64,000 bases of DNA. Origin: Vicinamibacterales bacterium (GTDB lineage Bacteria > Acidobacteriota > Vicinamibacteria > Vicinamibacterales > UBA8438). Shown one piece after another: positions 17,432 through 27,599 of the stretch (the stretch's first letter is position 1; each line of letters begins with the position of its first letter). The stretch lies in NCBI GenBank assembly GCA_965197375.1, contig CBDAMZ010000009.1:137956-201955 (forward strand), in the 5' to 3' direction. A program made the translations under genes and the position numbers. The notes below the pieces were generated by a model, which worked only from the letters and a program-made list of their open reading frames with translations, was not told where the DNA came from and did no database searches.

Positions 17432-19528
17432 ATGCAGGCGATCAACAAACCCTTCACGAAGATCATCAACGGGACCACTCAGTTTGTCATTCCGGTGTTC
17501 CAAAGAGACTACAGCTGGACCGAGTCGGACTGCGAGCAACTCTGGTCTGACATTCTTCGGGTTGCGGCAGACCCTTCTGACCGTGGCCACTTTGTTGGCT
17601 CGATCGTCTACATCTCCACGGGAGACTCTTCCGCCGGCTTCACTCGCTGGCTTCTCATTGACGGCCAACAACGGGTTGCCACGTTGACGCTTCTCTTTGC
17701 AGCACTTCGTGACCACATTCAGGACACCGGCTGGACGGGCACCGACGACGGTCCGACACCGGCCCGCGTCGACAGATACTTCCTCAAGAACCCAGACGAG
17801 CCGCCCGCCCGCAGACACAAGCTCGTGCTGCGCCGCCGTGACGAAGAAACCCTACAAGCACTTCTTGATGGCCAAGACCTGCCAGGAAACGCTTCCGAGC
17901 ACGTCCGAGACAACTATGAGTTCTTCCGCGAACAACTGGCAAGCGCAGACCCAGAAGTGGTGTATCGAGGCATCGCACAACTGATTGTCGTTGATGTGAC
18001 ATTGCAGCGAGGACTCGATGATCCCCAACTGATTTTCGAGAGTCTCAATTCAACCGGCGTCGACCTGAGTCAGTCCGATCTCATCCGCAATTTCATCCTG
18101 ATGCGATTGTCGGAGCCAGAACAGACGCGGCTCTACGAGATGTACTGGAGCAAGATCGAGAATCTGTTTCGAGGATCGGAGCAAGTATTTGACGCGTTCG
18201 TGCGAGATTTCATCGCTCTGGAGACACAACCACGCAAGCAGAGGAAAGCCAACGAGATATACTCGGCGTTCCGGCCTGTATTCCGAGCGCTCGGCTCCGA
18301 TCCTGACGCCCTCGACTCCTTTCTTCAGCGCCTCCTGCGTTTTGCGCGTTACTACGCAGCGTTCAGCATCGGAGTGGGCGCCCCGGAAGTGCTCCGTCAG
18401 TTCCTAGCTCGACTTCGCAAACAAGTCGATGTGCCGGCTACGCTCGTGATGCGTTTATATGACTACTACGATGACCGCAAGACGCTGACGGAGACCGAGT
18501 TTCTAGAGGCTCTCAGACTGCTAGAAAGCTATGTGTTCAGACGCGCCATCTGCGGCGAACAAACCCGCGGCTATTGACAGGTCTTTGCCAACCTCGCTTA
18601 CCGACTCAACCCTGACAAGCCCCTTGAGAGTCTTTCGGTCGGACTGGCTTGCCAGCGAGACAACTATCGATTTCCAAGCGACGATGAGTTCCGCACAGCC
18701 TTGGAGGAGAGAGATCTCTATGGAAGGCGCGTGTGTTTTGACTTGCTTGACCGCCTTGAGAATCACGGTAACCGAGAACCGACCGACACAAGCAGATACT
18801 CAATCGAACACGTCATGCCGCAGAACGAGCAACTCCCTCGGGAATGGCAGGAGATGCTCGGGGAACAATGGCCTGAAGTGCACCGCCAGTGGCTGCACCG
18901 ACTGGGAAATCTCACGCTCACCGGCTACAACAGCGTCTACTCGGACCGACCCTTCAGCGAGAAGAAGACGATCGCGGGCGGTTTTGCTGACAGCTCGGTT
19001 CGGCTGAACCGGTTCATTCGCGAGAGCCGAGTGTGGACAGCGGCCAAACTTGAGCAACGCGGAAAAGACCTCGCCCACCGAGCGCTATCGATCTGGCCAC
19101 CCTTGGTCGTTGACAGTGTTCTCATTGATGCTGCTAAGCAGGAAGAGATGCGAAACTTGGCCCGGCGTCGCGATGTGGCCAGTGTGGAGATGAGTTCACG
19201 AGCACGCGAGCTCTTTGATCTCATCCGCACAAATATTCAGGACATTGACGAGGACATCATCGAACTCGCCGAGCAGAAGTCAGTCAGCTATCACGGACCG
19301 GCGTTCTTTCTGGAAGTCCTCATGAGGAAGCACGATATTAACCTCCTCCTCGCGCTGGACTTCAATGAAGTTGAAGATCCGGCTGGTGTTGCGTTGGATG
19401 CATCACAGCGGAAGTTTTTCGTTTGCGCTGCCCACGATGGCGGCGTCAACATTATCATTCGCGAGCCCGCGGACGTCGACAAGGCGATGCCTTTGGTGCG
19501 TCAGGCGCACGCGGTTGCATCTGCCTGA
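17432..19528 (+). pseudogene. GmrSD-like DUF262 (ParB-like NTPase/nuclease) + DUF1524 (His-Me finger) type IV restriction-family gene, interrupted by one in-frame TGA
   Basis: ORFs 17432..18577 and 18701..19528 are in the same frame. DUF262 motifs: FVIPVFQRDYSW and LLIDGQQRVATL. DUF1524 motifs: YSIEHVMPQN and HRLGNLTLTGYN. The sequence between them reads GY-TGA-QVFANLAYRLNPDKPLE... with no other stop. Confidence 0.8.
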
Positions 19529-19982
19529 GTATCCGTCAATGCAAGTAGGTCACCTCGCCACTACTTCGCCACATGGTTTGAGAAGTCGACGACACCCGCC
19601 CACCTTCCGCCGTCGTGGGACTGGACCAACTTCCGCGTGAGCGGTCACCTAGGAGCCCGTAAATTGCCGCGACATTCGACCGACGATGCATCCTGTCTGT
19701 GGGCGTTGGTCCTTGGTCGAATATGCCCAATATTCTCCGTCGTCACGCGGTGCTAGGCGGGCGCCTCGCCGGTCCCGGCCGAGGTCGACGAGTATGTTGC
19801 GGCTCGGGCGAAGACGGTTGACTCGGCCGGTCGCTGCTTTGGCGACGGCTCAGGACGATGGAATCTTCGTGTCGGCTGAACGTCTCGCTGAGGGTGTTAA
19901 ACTCCAGCGCGAGGTGATCGGGACACAGCGCTCGATGGGTCGCGTGAGCCTCGGTCTGGCCATAGCCAGAGCTGGGTGCTCT

Positions 19983-21269
19983 ATGTCCAACATCAGCAGA
20001 CGCCGGTTTTTGGAGGCTGGCGGCTCGTTAGCCGCCATGTCAGCCATGACTCAAACAGGGAAAGCAGCCGCCCCCACCGCCCATGTGAACATTCGTGGGT
20101 TGCCCCGCGTCAAGCAGGAGCTGGTCGCCCCGCCGTTCGTGCCTGAGCACGAGCAGGTTGCCGGCGGCGGCCCGAAGATTGTCGAGGTGGAACTGGTCGT
20201 CCACGAAGGCACGCGGGTGGTCGACAACGCCGGGACTGAAATCAATGCGCTCATGTTCAACGATTCCATTCCGGGGCCCTTGATCATCTGCCACGAGGGG
20301 GATTACGTTGAACTCACGCTGAAGAATCCGACGGGCAATCTCCTTGGGCACAACATTGACTTTCATGCCTCGACGGGCGCACTCGGCGGCGGAGCCCTGA
20401 CGCACGTACGCCCGGGCGAACAGGTCGTGCTCCGCTGGAAGGCGGTCAAGCCGGGGACCTTCATCTATCACTGCGCCCCGGGGGGATCGATGATCCCCTA
20501 CCATGTGGTGTCCGGCATGAATGGGGCTGTCATGGTGCTGCCCAGGGCCGGCCTGAAGGACCGCGATGGCGGCCCCATCCGCTATGACAAGGCCTACTAT
20601 ATCGGCGAGCAGGACTACTACGTTCCCCGCAACGCCGCCGGCGAGTTCATGCAGTACGCAAGTCCTGCCGCCGGCATCGTCGATGTCCTGCAGGTCATGC
20701 GCACGCTCACGCCGTCCCATGTGGTGCTGAATGGCCGGGTCGGCGCGCTCACCGGCGATGGCGCCATGACGGCCACGGTTGGCGAGACCGTCCTGTTTAT
20801 CCACTCCCAAGCCAACCGGGACTCGAGACCGCACCTGATCGGCGGACATGGGGACTACGTGTGGGAGCAGGGCTCATTCGCCGATCCCCCGGCCCACGGG
20901 CTTCAGACCTGGTTCATTCGTGGGGGCTCGGCCGGGGCGGCCATCTACACGTTCAGGCAACCGGGTGTGTATGCGTATCTGACCCATAACCTGATCGAGG
21001 CGGTAGGGTTGGGCGCCTTAGCCCATGTCGTGGTCGATGGCGAATGGGACGATGATTTAATGACGCAGGTGCAGGCGCCGGCGCCAATTCAATTCCCGCG
21101 TAAGGCGCCCCGTGGACGACGCCGGCGTTTGAGTCAAGTCCATCGACTGGATGGCGGTAACGTCAAGCGGACCCCATGGATAGTGGGGAACATGCTGGGC
21201 TCCCTGCCTGCCTGCTGGTCAGTGGTGACCGCCACAGCCCGACGGGTGCTGGTGCGGGATATGGCTTAG
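19983..21269 (+). CDS. nirK: copper-containing nitrite reductase NirK with Tat signal
   Basis: Track ORF 19686..21269. Start placed at M100 ([22 protein letters not shown], twin-arginine signal). Copper-ligand contexts are [10 protein letters not shown] and [22 protein letters not shown]. The core ends near [17 protein letters not shown]; the last ~55 aa look non-native. Confidence 0.9.
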   Translation: MSNISRRRFLEAGGSLAAMSAMTQTGKAAAPTAHVNIRGLPRVKQELVAPPFVPEHEQVAGGGPKIVEVELVVHEGTRVVDNAGTEINALMFNDSIPGPLIICHEGDYVELTLKNPTGNLLGHNIDFHASTGALGGGALTHVRPGEQVVLRWKAVKPGTFIYHCAPGGSMIPYHVVSGMNGAVMVLPRAGLKDRDGGPIRYDKAYYIGEQDYYVPRNAAGEFMQYASPAAGIVDVLQVMRTLTPSHVVLNGRVGALTGDGAMTATVGETVLFIHSQANRDSRPHLIGGHGDYVWEQGSFADPPAHGLQTWFIRGGSAGAAIYTFRQPGVYAYLTHNLIEAVGLGALAHVVVDGEWDDDLMTQVQAPAPIQFPRKAPRGRRRRLSQVHRLDGGNVKRTPWIVGNMLGSLPACWSVVTATARRVLVRDMA

Positions 21270-21426
21270 CGAGGGTTGTCAATGGCGCTGCCACCTCGAT
21301 ACTGGCGACGGTTGCCGCCGCGCCGCGCTCCTTGTCGGCCGCGTGTGTCACGGCGTACAACGCGAACCACTCCCCGGCGTCGGGATTGCGCCCTCCGCGT
21401 GGCAGCCGGCCGACGGTCCCGGAGCC

Positions 21427-22270
21427 CTACCGGAAGGCGCACCGGACGCGCACACCAGCCCGTCGCGGGGCGAGCACGTTCACAAAGTAGCGGCGCGACC
21501 GGAAGCCGTCCTCCGAGCGACCGATGTGCCCGGGCGTCTGGCGCACGCCGGTCACCGCGTACGCGTCGAACAGGTTGTCGCCGTAGACCGTCAGGGTCCA
21601 GGCGTCCTTTGAAAACGACGCCGACAGGGTGTGGAGGTCGTAGGCCGGCAGCAGCTCGCCCCCGGGGCGCATCCCGATCCGGGTGAGCACGTCGCCGGTG
21701 TAGCTGTAGCCGTACTGCAGCTCGACGGCGCCGTCGCCGCCGAGCCACGTGGCATAGGATAGGAGGCGAGCAGGCTCCCCGCCGTTCAGGGTGATCGGCT
21801 CCGCACTGAACGGGGTGAGCCCCTCCACCTGGATATCGGTCTAGTCGACGTGGAACAGCGTGGCGCTGAGCGTGACCGTTCGTCGCGCCATGAGCGGCGC
21901 AGCCCCACCTCGTAGTTGATCCTCGTGTCCGGTCGGATGAACGCCTGATCGGCGTAGATGCAGCCGGATTGCGGCGAGTCGTTGCTGGCGTCGGCGTTGG
22001 TGAGCAGAGCGATCTCCTCGTCGGTGCAGACCCGGAAGTTGTTGTCGCCGCCGATGCGGTACCCCCTCCGATCGGGTGACGTAGGCGTACGTCTCGTCGT
22101 CGAACCGGTAGCTGACGCTTCCCTTGAAGAGGACGCCGCGGTCGTCGGACACGAACTCGCTGAAGGGTGAGTTGTACCTCGGCGTGTACGGGAACTCGGT
22201 GAGGCTGCCGGTCGCGAGGCCGTAGCCGAACCAGCGGCCGCCGCCCGTCACGCGCCACCGGTCCAGAACC
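21427..22270 (-). pseudogene. TonB-dependent receptor, C-terminal barrel fragment with frameshifts, N-terminally truncated by the repeat element
   Basis: ORF 21427..21828 reads ...LTVYGDNLFDAYAVTG...FVNVLAPRRAGVRVRCAFR (TBDR C-terminal strands). A further piece, RWFGYGLATGSLTEFPYTPRYNSPFSEFVSDDRGVLFKGSVSYRFDDETYAYV, lies in another frame (21841..22290 region). Confidence 0.6.
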
Positions 22271-23306
22271 GGATCGTCGCCTCCGTGGCCCCGGAACGCA
22301 GGGGTGGACGGACAGGTGGCGACCGCCCCACACAGGGAGCACAGCCCGTGCGTTGCGGTGAACGGCCCGTCGTCCATCCGGGTCGGATTCGTCCCATGCG
22401 GATGGGGGTGGCCCAGTCGAACCGGCGGGCTCGCCGGTGAGGGACACCGCGGCGACCGGGCCACGACGGTGCAGCGGCCACGCGGCGCTGCCACGTGCGG
22501 GAGTACTCGTGCTACGTCCGCCCGCGCCCCCACGGATGACCGTCCGAGTCGACGGTGAGCCACACCCCGGCGCCGATGAGCCGTGAACGACGGCATCTCT
22601 CCATCGCACACGGGCGATCGCGCCGCCCGCGGGAACAGCCCGGTCACCGTAGGACCTCGGGCGTGTACCCGTGCTTAGCAGTAATACCTAGCGAGTTCTT
22701 CTTCCGTGTACTCGGCGAGGATCTCCTCGAGGCTGATGGCCTTTGGGCGGTATTCGGGTCGGTAGGCTTCACCCGCCCACGGCGGGATGCCGGTGCCGGC
22801 GGAAAAACTGGCCAGAAAGTTGTCGCGGGCGACCTCGGCCCAGCTCCGCCCGTGGCGGCGTTTGGGTTGCGAGAGGCCTTCGATGCGGTAGGCCACATCG
22901 GGCATGAACATCGGCCACTTCGCCCGGGCGACAGCGCGGCGGCGGCGCAGCGTCCTTGGGACGAAAGTTTCACGTAAGTTTACACTCGTTTTCGGCCAGT
23001 TCTGTATTTCGGTGGCCGGGGTGAAGCACTTTTTATCAATGTTCATAGAGGTCTCCTGTACAAAATCCTAATCGAATTTTGCGAAACTGCGCGTGAAGGG
23101 GGGCGGACGGTCACGCCGCTCATCCGGACGAGATTCGGGGGTGGGGGGGTACGGCGCACGCCGAGCCGTTGGTGTCGATACCTCCACACTCGCGGTCGCG
23201 GCGGGCGTCGAGGTCGTTTCGTTTCTGACCAGTTCGGCCGCAAGTTCGCCGACGAGAACAACGTGGCCCGAGGCACCTCAGAAATGAGATTTTGATTTTC
23301 CTAGAG
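22270..23306 (-). mobile_element. unclassified ~1.0-kb repeat element, full copy (3' non-coding ~400 nt + 123-aa ORF + ~260-nt leader)
   Basis: Near-identical at DNA level to 38615..39649 over the whole length, with unrelated flanks (TBDR fragment/integrase fragment here versus unknown/DUF4145-like there). The sharp common right terminus ...CACCTCAGAAATGAGATTTTGATTTTCCTAGAG is also shared by the truncated copy ending at 27938. No terminal inverted repeats seen. Left boundary +/- 15 nt. Confidence 0.55.
22675..23046 (-). CDS. conserved 123-aa protein of the repeat element ('YY-terminal' family), function unknown
   Basis: MNIDKKCFTPATEIQNWPKTSVNLRETFVPRTLRRRRAVARAKWPMFMPDVAYRIEGLSQPKRRHGRSWAEVARDNFLASFSAGTGIPPWAGEAYRPEYRPKAISLEEILAEYTEEELARYYC. 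AGGAGA lies ~8 nt upstream of the ATG. Protein-level conservation with 39022..39393 and 15493..15858. Confidence 0.65.
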   Translation of the reverse strand: MNIDKKCFTPATEIQNWPKTSVNLRETFVPRTLRRRRAVARAKWPMFMPDVAYRIEGLSQPKRRHGRSWAEVARDNFLASFSAGTGIPPWAGEAYRPEYRPKAISLEEILAEYTEEELARYYC

Positions 23307-23573
23307 ATCGAGGCCCTAGCACGGCGACGGGCGCGCCGCGACCCCGCCAGCCCGCTCGTCTTCCACCGCGACGGCATCCCCGTCCGGCGCTGGCGCACGA
23401 CGTGGCGCACCGCCTGCCAGGCGGCCGGGGTGCCGACCCGCTTCCTCCACGATTGCCGGCGCACCGCCGCCCGTAACCTGATCCGCGCCAGCGTCCCCGA
23501 GCGGGTCGCCATGCTCCTGACCGGACACAAGAGCCGCGCCATCTTCGACCGCTACAACATTATTAACGATTAA
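23307..23573 (+). pseudogene. tyrosine recombinase/integrase, C-terminal fragment (N-terminus replaced by the repeat element)
   Basis: ...PLVFHRDGIPVRRWRTTWRTACQAAGVPTRFLHDCRRTAARNLIRASVPERVAMLLTGHKSRAIFDRYNIIND carries the H-x-x-R and GH...Y catalytic C-terminal box. The usual tail (NEQELLDAGDQLVEYL) continues in another frame after the stop. Track ORF 23292.. starts inside the repeat end. Confidence 0.75.
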
Positions 23574-24351
23574 CGAGCAGGAACTGCTCGACGCCGGGGA
23601 CCAGCTTGTCGAGTACCTGGCGCAGCAGGCGCAGGCGGTGCCAGCCCGTCGGCGGCCCCACGCGGCCGGCCCCGCCGCCCCGCGCACCGCACCGCCCCTC
23701 CGCCTCGTGCGACGCACCACCGCATAAGGGCGCGTGGTACGCCCGCGAGCCTGGCGGCGGGGGCCGGACACCGCCTGTCTGTGCGCCGCGGGTCGGTCTA
23801 GGCCCAACACCGTACGGGCTGGCCAGCGATCGTGGCACACGTGGCGACGGGGCGGGCCGACGTGGCCGAACACGGGCACCCGGCCGGCCCAACCGAGCCT
23901 CCACGCCAGGAGGCCGGGCGCCATCCGCCCCCGCAGCCGCTGCACAAAGTGCTTCCGCTAGGCATCGATCGTCTGGGCGCTAATCCCGCGGACCAGGCTC
24001 GCACAGTCCGCATCGGTGAAGTGGGTCTCGGCCGGGCGGGTCAGGCCGGTCCCGGGCGCGTAGGTAGACGTCTTGCGCGGCGGCCAGTCCGGGGAGCAGC
24101 GTCGCCGCCGCCGCCGTCAACGCCACTACCGCGCCCGGAACCCCGTGGTGCCACCGCTGTTCTGCGACCCGTGTCGGGGAGTCAGTCATTGCGCGAGCGC
24201 CTTCCCGGTGCGGCGCGGTGTATGGCCCGGCAAGAGGGGGCATGCTGGGCAACGTCGTCATCGGGTCTCGCACAGCCGGGCCATCCCTCAATTGTTGCAT
24301 CTCCCGCCCGTCGTGCGAGCGGGGTGGCTAGACTAGCCGGGCGCTCTTTGC

Positions 24352-27351
24352 CTAGAAGTTGAGCCGGACGCCGAGGAACATGCGCCGCGGGGGGGTGAAG
24401 CGGATGCCGTCGCCAAAGTCGTTGCCGCCGGCGCCCGCGAGCAGGTCCTGGTTGCGGGTGGCGGCCTGGGTGTCGAACAGGTTGAAGATGTCGGCGAACA
24501 GCTCCAGCCGGTAACCGGCGAAGCGGGAGTTGTAGAGCAGCCGGATGTCGACGAGGCCGTACGCGGGGTTGCGGAGGGTGCCGACCGCCTCCGGCGAGAG
24601 CCAGCGCCGCGTGATGCCGGCGAAGTCGAACTCCTCGCCCGGGTCCACGCGCACCGGCAGGTTCCGGCCCGACGCCCGGAACGTACGACTGGCGACCGTG
24701 CCGGCGTTCCAGCGCCAGTTGCCGCCGACCTGGAAGCCTTGGTCCCAGGTGTACGACGAGCTGAGCTTGAATAGATGCGCGATTGAGCCGGGCTGGACCC
24801 CCACCTGGTGCGGCCCGCGCGGGTCCAGCCAGATCACGTCGCCCTGGAAGTCGGCGTTCGAATCCGAGTTGGTGTTCCCCGTGGCGTCGCCGAAAGTGTA
24901 GGCCGCCAGCGCCTGCCAATTCTCCCGCAGCCGCTGCCTGAACGTGAATTCCACACCCTGATAGTCTCGCCGACCGCCGGCAAGCGTCGCAATGATGAAG
25001 TTCGATTCGGGAAAGGCGTCGTAGCCGAAGTAGTCGAGGCCGAGGAACAGCGAGTCGGGATGCTCGACCGGCCCCGGATAGGTCGTGATACCGTCGTCAC
25101 GGAAGGCGTAGAGCGCCAGATCGTAGTCCTCGATGATGTCGCGCGTCCGGCGCCGCGTGTATAGCGCCATGAAGCTGCGCTCCTGGCCGAGGTCGGTCTC
25201 GTAGCTCAACTGGAAGTCGTCGGTCCAAGGCGTCTTGGTGGTCGGCGCAAACAGCGCGTCGGCCTGCTGCGGCCCGCCCCGCACGCGGTACGTCACCCAC
25301 TGGTCATTGGCATACACCTGCTCTTCGCGTGCCGACCCGCTGAGGGTTCCGGCAAAATTGGTCAGGTTGTTGCGGATCGGGTCGTAGTAGCGGCCGTAGA
25401 ACGCGCTGATGCGCTGCTGGCCGCTACCCGACGGGTCGTACGACACACTGAGGCGCGGCGCAAACGTCCAATCGAAGGTGAACACGTTCGTGCCGTCGGT
25501 CGCGAAGTGCGCGAACCGCTCGGTGCGCACGCCGAGGTTGAACGACAGGTTGCCCGTCACGGTGAACGTGTCCTGCACGAACAAGCTGAGACCGTCGGAG
25601 CGCGTCTCCTGCGACCCCAGCGCGGTTTGCACCTGCCGGTCGTAGTTGATCGCGCCGTGCGGATTGCCGGCCGCGCTGTCGAATGAGAGGCTCGCCGCAA
25701 GCTCGTCCTGGGTGATCGTGCCGTCGCGGTTCCCGTCGTACAGGCCGTAAAACTCAGTTCGGTTCGGCAACCCGTCGATGGCCCGGATAAAGCCGCTGTA
25801 GTCGCTGCTGTTCGTCGGGTCGAACTGCGTGTTGGTGAAGCGGCCGGCAATCAGGTTCTCGGCCGTCAACCCTGACAGCGCAGGCGACAGCGATACGTAC
25901 AACCCGCCGTCGTACACCGTGTCGCGGTAGTTCGTGTTGCGCATGAACTCGACGCCGCCGTGGATGGCGTGCAGCCCGACCTGCACCACTGCGCTCCCCT
26001 TGTATCCCGCGGTGTCACGCTGGTCCAGGTCGTCGAGCCCGAACCCGCCGCGCTGCTCGTCTTCGAGCGTCCGCACGTCGGTGTCGCGGAAAACGATAGT
26101 GTTGCGCGGACCGGGCACGACCGCGAAGTCCGACACCTCCCCGTTGTGCCGGCTGTATGAACCCTCGACGAGCACGCCGCGGAACAGGCGGTTGTACTTC
26201 AGGTGGTAGTTGTTGCCGCCCTGTACGCGGCTCCGGTTGCGCGCGTTCGTCACGTCGCGGTCGCGGCTGCCGCTGATGTCGGTCGGATCGTTCAGGAACG
26301 TGAAGCTCAGCGTGTCGGCGGTGGTCGGAGCCCAGGTGCCGCGGCTGTAGAACTGATCCTGCGTGTTTTCGACGGTGCGGATGGCGTCCACGCCGTCCAG
26401 GGCGACGACGGTGTCACTGCGCTCCAGGCGTCGGTAGCTGCCGAAGAACCACGCCTCGTTTGCGACAATCGCCCCCCCGCCCGTGACTGCCGCGTCGAAG
26501 CGCGAGAACTCCAGATCGGCGGCGGTGCGGTTCTCGGCGACGAGGCCGTCGTTCTGAAAGAAGTAGTTCACCGAGCCGCTGAACTGGTTGGTCCCGGACT
26601 TCGTGATGACGCTGGACAGCAGGCCGGGGGCGCCGACGAACTCGGCGGGGATGCCGCCGGTCAGCACCTGCTGCTCCTGGATGATCTCGGTGTTCAGGTT
26701 CGCGCCGAAGGTGCCGCTCACGCCGTCGGTGACGTTGATCCCGTCGATGTAGTAGAAGTTGTCGCGCGACACGCTCGTATTGCCGCCGATGTCGCTGTAG
26801 TTGAGTCCCGACTTCGATGCGGGGTTCCCGGGCGATTCCGGGTCGTCCGGAAACACGCCAGGCACCAGCTGCAGATAGCTCTGGTAGGTCCGGCCCGTCG
26901 GGACCGCCTCCGTCAGGGCGAGAGTGATGTCCTCGGCCACCACCGCACTGGTCACGTCGACCACCGGAGACGCAGCGGTCACCACGACGGTTTCGGTCAC
27001 GTTACCGACCGTCAACGTGACTGCGGTGGACGCCGTCTGACCCGCGCGGACGAGGAAGTCCTCCTGGCGGATCGCCTGAAATCCCTGGAGCTCGACGGTG
27101 ACGACGTAGCGGGCGGACGGATGCAGCGCGGCCAGCTCCGCCAGTCCCCGGGTATCAGTAACCGTGACGCGCGTCGTCGCGGCATCCTCCGCCGCCGCGG
27201 TCACAGTTGCGCCAGGTACCGTCAGACCGTCCTGATCGGTCACGGCGACACGGATGTTCCCCGTCGTGGTGACCTGGGCGCGCGCGCGCCCGGGAGTCAA
27301 CGCCGCCAACAGTGCGAACAGGGTGAACACGCGGCGCACGGTCACGGTCAT
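24352..27351 (-). CDS. TonB-dependent receptor with N-terminal carboxypeptidase-regulatory-like (CarboxypepD_reg) domain
   Basis: 999-aa ORF. Signal peptide MTVTVRRVFTLFALLAALTPGRARAQ, then GNIRVAVTDQDGLTVPGATVTA...VELQGF (CarboxypepD_reg), a plug/barrel-like region and terminal ...RRMFLGVRLNF. Confidence 0.9.
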   Translation of the reverse strand: MTVTVRRVFTLFALLAALTPGRARAQVTTTGNIRVAVTDQDGLTVPGATVTAAAEDAATTRVTVTDTRGLAELAALHPSARYVVTVELQGFQAIRQEDFLVRAGQTASTAVTLTVGNVTETVVVTAASPVVDVTSAVVAEDITLALTEAVPTGRTYQSYLQLVPGVFPDDPESPGNPASKSGLNYSDIGGNTSVSRDNFYYIDGINVTDGVSGTFGANLNTEIIQEQQVLTGGIPAEFVGAPGLLSSVITKSGTNQFSGSVNYFFQNDGLVAENRTAADLEFSRFDAAVTGGGAIVANEAWFFGSYRRLERSDTVVALDGVDAIRTVENTQDQFYSRGTWAPTTADTLSFTFLNDPTDISGSRDRDVTNARNRSRVQGGNNYHLKYNRLFRGVLVEGSYSRHNGEVSDFAVVPGPRNTIVFRDTDVRTLEDEQRGGFGLDDLDQRDTAGYKGSAVVQVGLHAIHGGVEFMRNTNYRDTVYDGGLYVSLSPALSGLTAENLIAGRFTNTQFDPTNSSDYSGFIRAIDGLPNRTEFYGLYDGNRDGTITQDELAASLSFDSAAGNPHGAINYDRQVQTALGSQETRSDGLSLFVQDTFTVTGNLSFNLGVRTERFAHFATDGTNVFTFDWTFAPRLSVSYDPSGSGQQRISAFYGRYYDPIRNNLTNFAGTLSGSAREEQVYANDQWVTYRVRGGPQQADALFAPTTKTPWTDDFQLSYETDLGQERSFMALYTRRRTRDIIEDYDLALYAFRDDGITTYPGPVEHPDSLFLGLDYFGYDAFPESNFIIATLAGGRRDYQGVEFTFRQRLRENWQALAAYTFGDATGNTNSDSNADFQGDVIWLDPRGPHQVGVQPGSIAHLFKLSSSYTWDQGFQVGGNWRWNAGTVASRTFRASGRNLPVRVDPGEEFDFAGITRRWLSPEAVGTLRNPAYGLVDIRLLYNSRFAGYRLELFADIFNLFDTQAATRNQDLLAGAGGNDFGDGIRFTPPRRMFLGVRLNF

Positions 27352-27599
27352 CTACCAGTATCTCTCGTCGAGCAGCGCCAGGGGATGTCCCAGTAGCTGT
27401 TGAAATTTGAAAGCGGCGCTCCTCACTGCTCGTGATACAGGTGCTTCCGTCATCAAGTGTTGGTGAAGAGAGCTTAAGCCCTAATCATTCAGATACTTCC
27501 AGCCGATTTTGACGCTGGCAGCTCTCTGGCACTGAATATCTAGTCTAAGCGGTTTGGTTAGAACGAGATAAGGGCGGGGTAGCAACAGTTGCTGGCGGA

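Noticed and set aside
18575-18577. Programmed recoding (selenocysteine or readthrough) at the in-frame TGA of the DUF262/DUF1524 gene.
   Set aside because: No SECIS-like hairpin was noticed downstream. The position aligns best with a Trp codon. The island also carries premature TAG and TAA stops and several frameshifts in other genes, so plain pseudogenisation or sequencing error is the simpler explanation.
21841-22647. Long minus-strand ORFs beginning MTGLFPRAARS... (21841..22647 and 37906..38994), shared by both full repeat copies. Also the 447-aa ORF 21266..22609.
   Set aside because: They are Arg/Pro/Gly-rich high-GC read-through frames. The similarity between the two is DNA-level conservation of the repeat's 3' non-coding block. 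Beyond the repeat boundary the frames run into unrelated sequence (a TBDR fragment in one case).
23292-23306. ORFs starting 'MIFLE' (23292.., 27924.., 39635..) that appear to fuse the repeat terminus in frame to three different downstream genes.
   Set aside because: The TTG 'start' lies inside the repeat terminus, and the frames simply stay open back to the nearest stop. The downstream parts are truncated fragments of unrelated genes (integrase, IS110 transposase, DUF4145-like). There is no evidence for functional fusion proteins.
23980-24190. Possible small secreted protein downstream of the TBDR (MTDSPTRVAEQRWHHGVPGAVVALTAAAATLLPGLAAAQDV...).
   Set aside because: Only a signal-peptide-like start is convincing. 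The remainder is Arg/Pro-rich and ends after ~45 aa in a gene-poor, very GC-rich stretch (23574-24351). It is probably the stump of a truncated gene and is not reportable as a CDS.
26203-27396. Large antisense ORFs opposite well-supported genes. Examples: 26203..27396 (+) opposite the TBDR, 32557..33861 (-) opposite the AddA-like gene, 20040..20849 (-) opposite nirK, 42569..44113 (+) opposite the cadherin gene, and 10425..11378 (-) opposite the integrase.
   Set aside because: These are typical high-GC shadow ORFs: Arg/Gly/Pro/Ala-rich, with no motifs, and fully overlapped by genes with clear domain signatures on the other strand.
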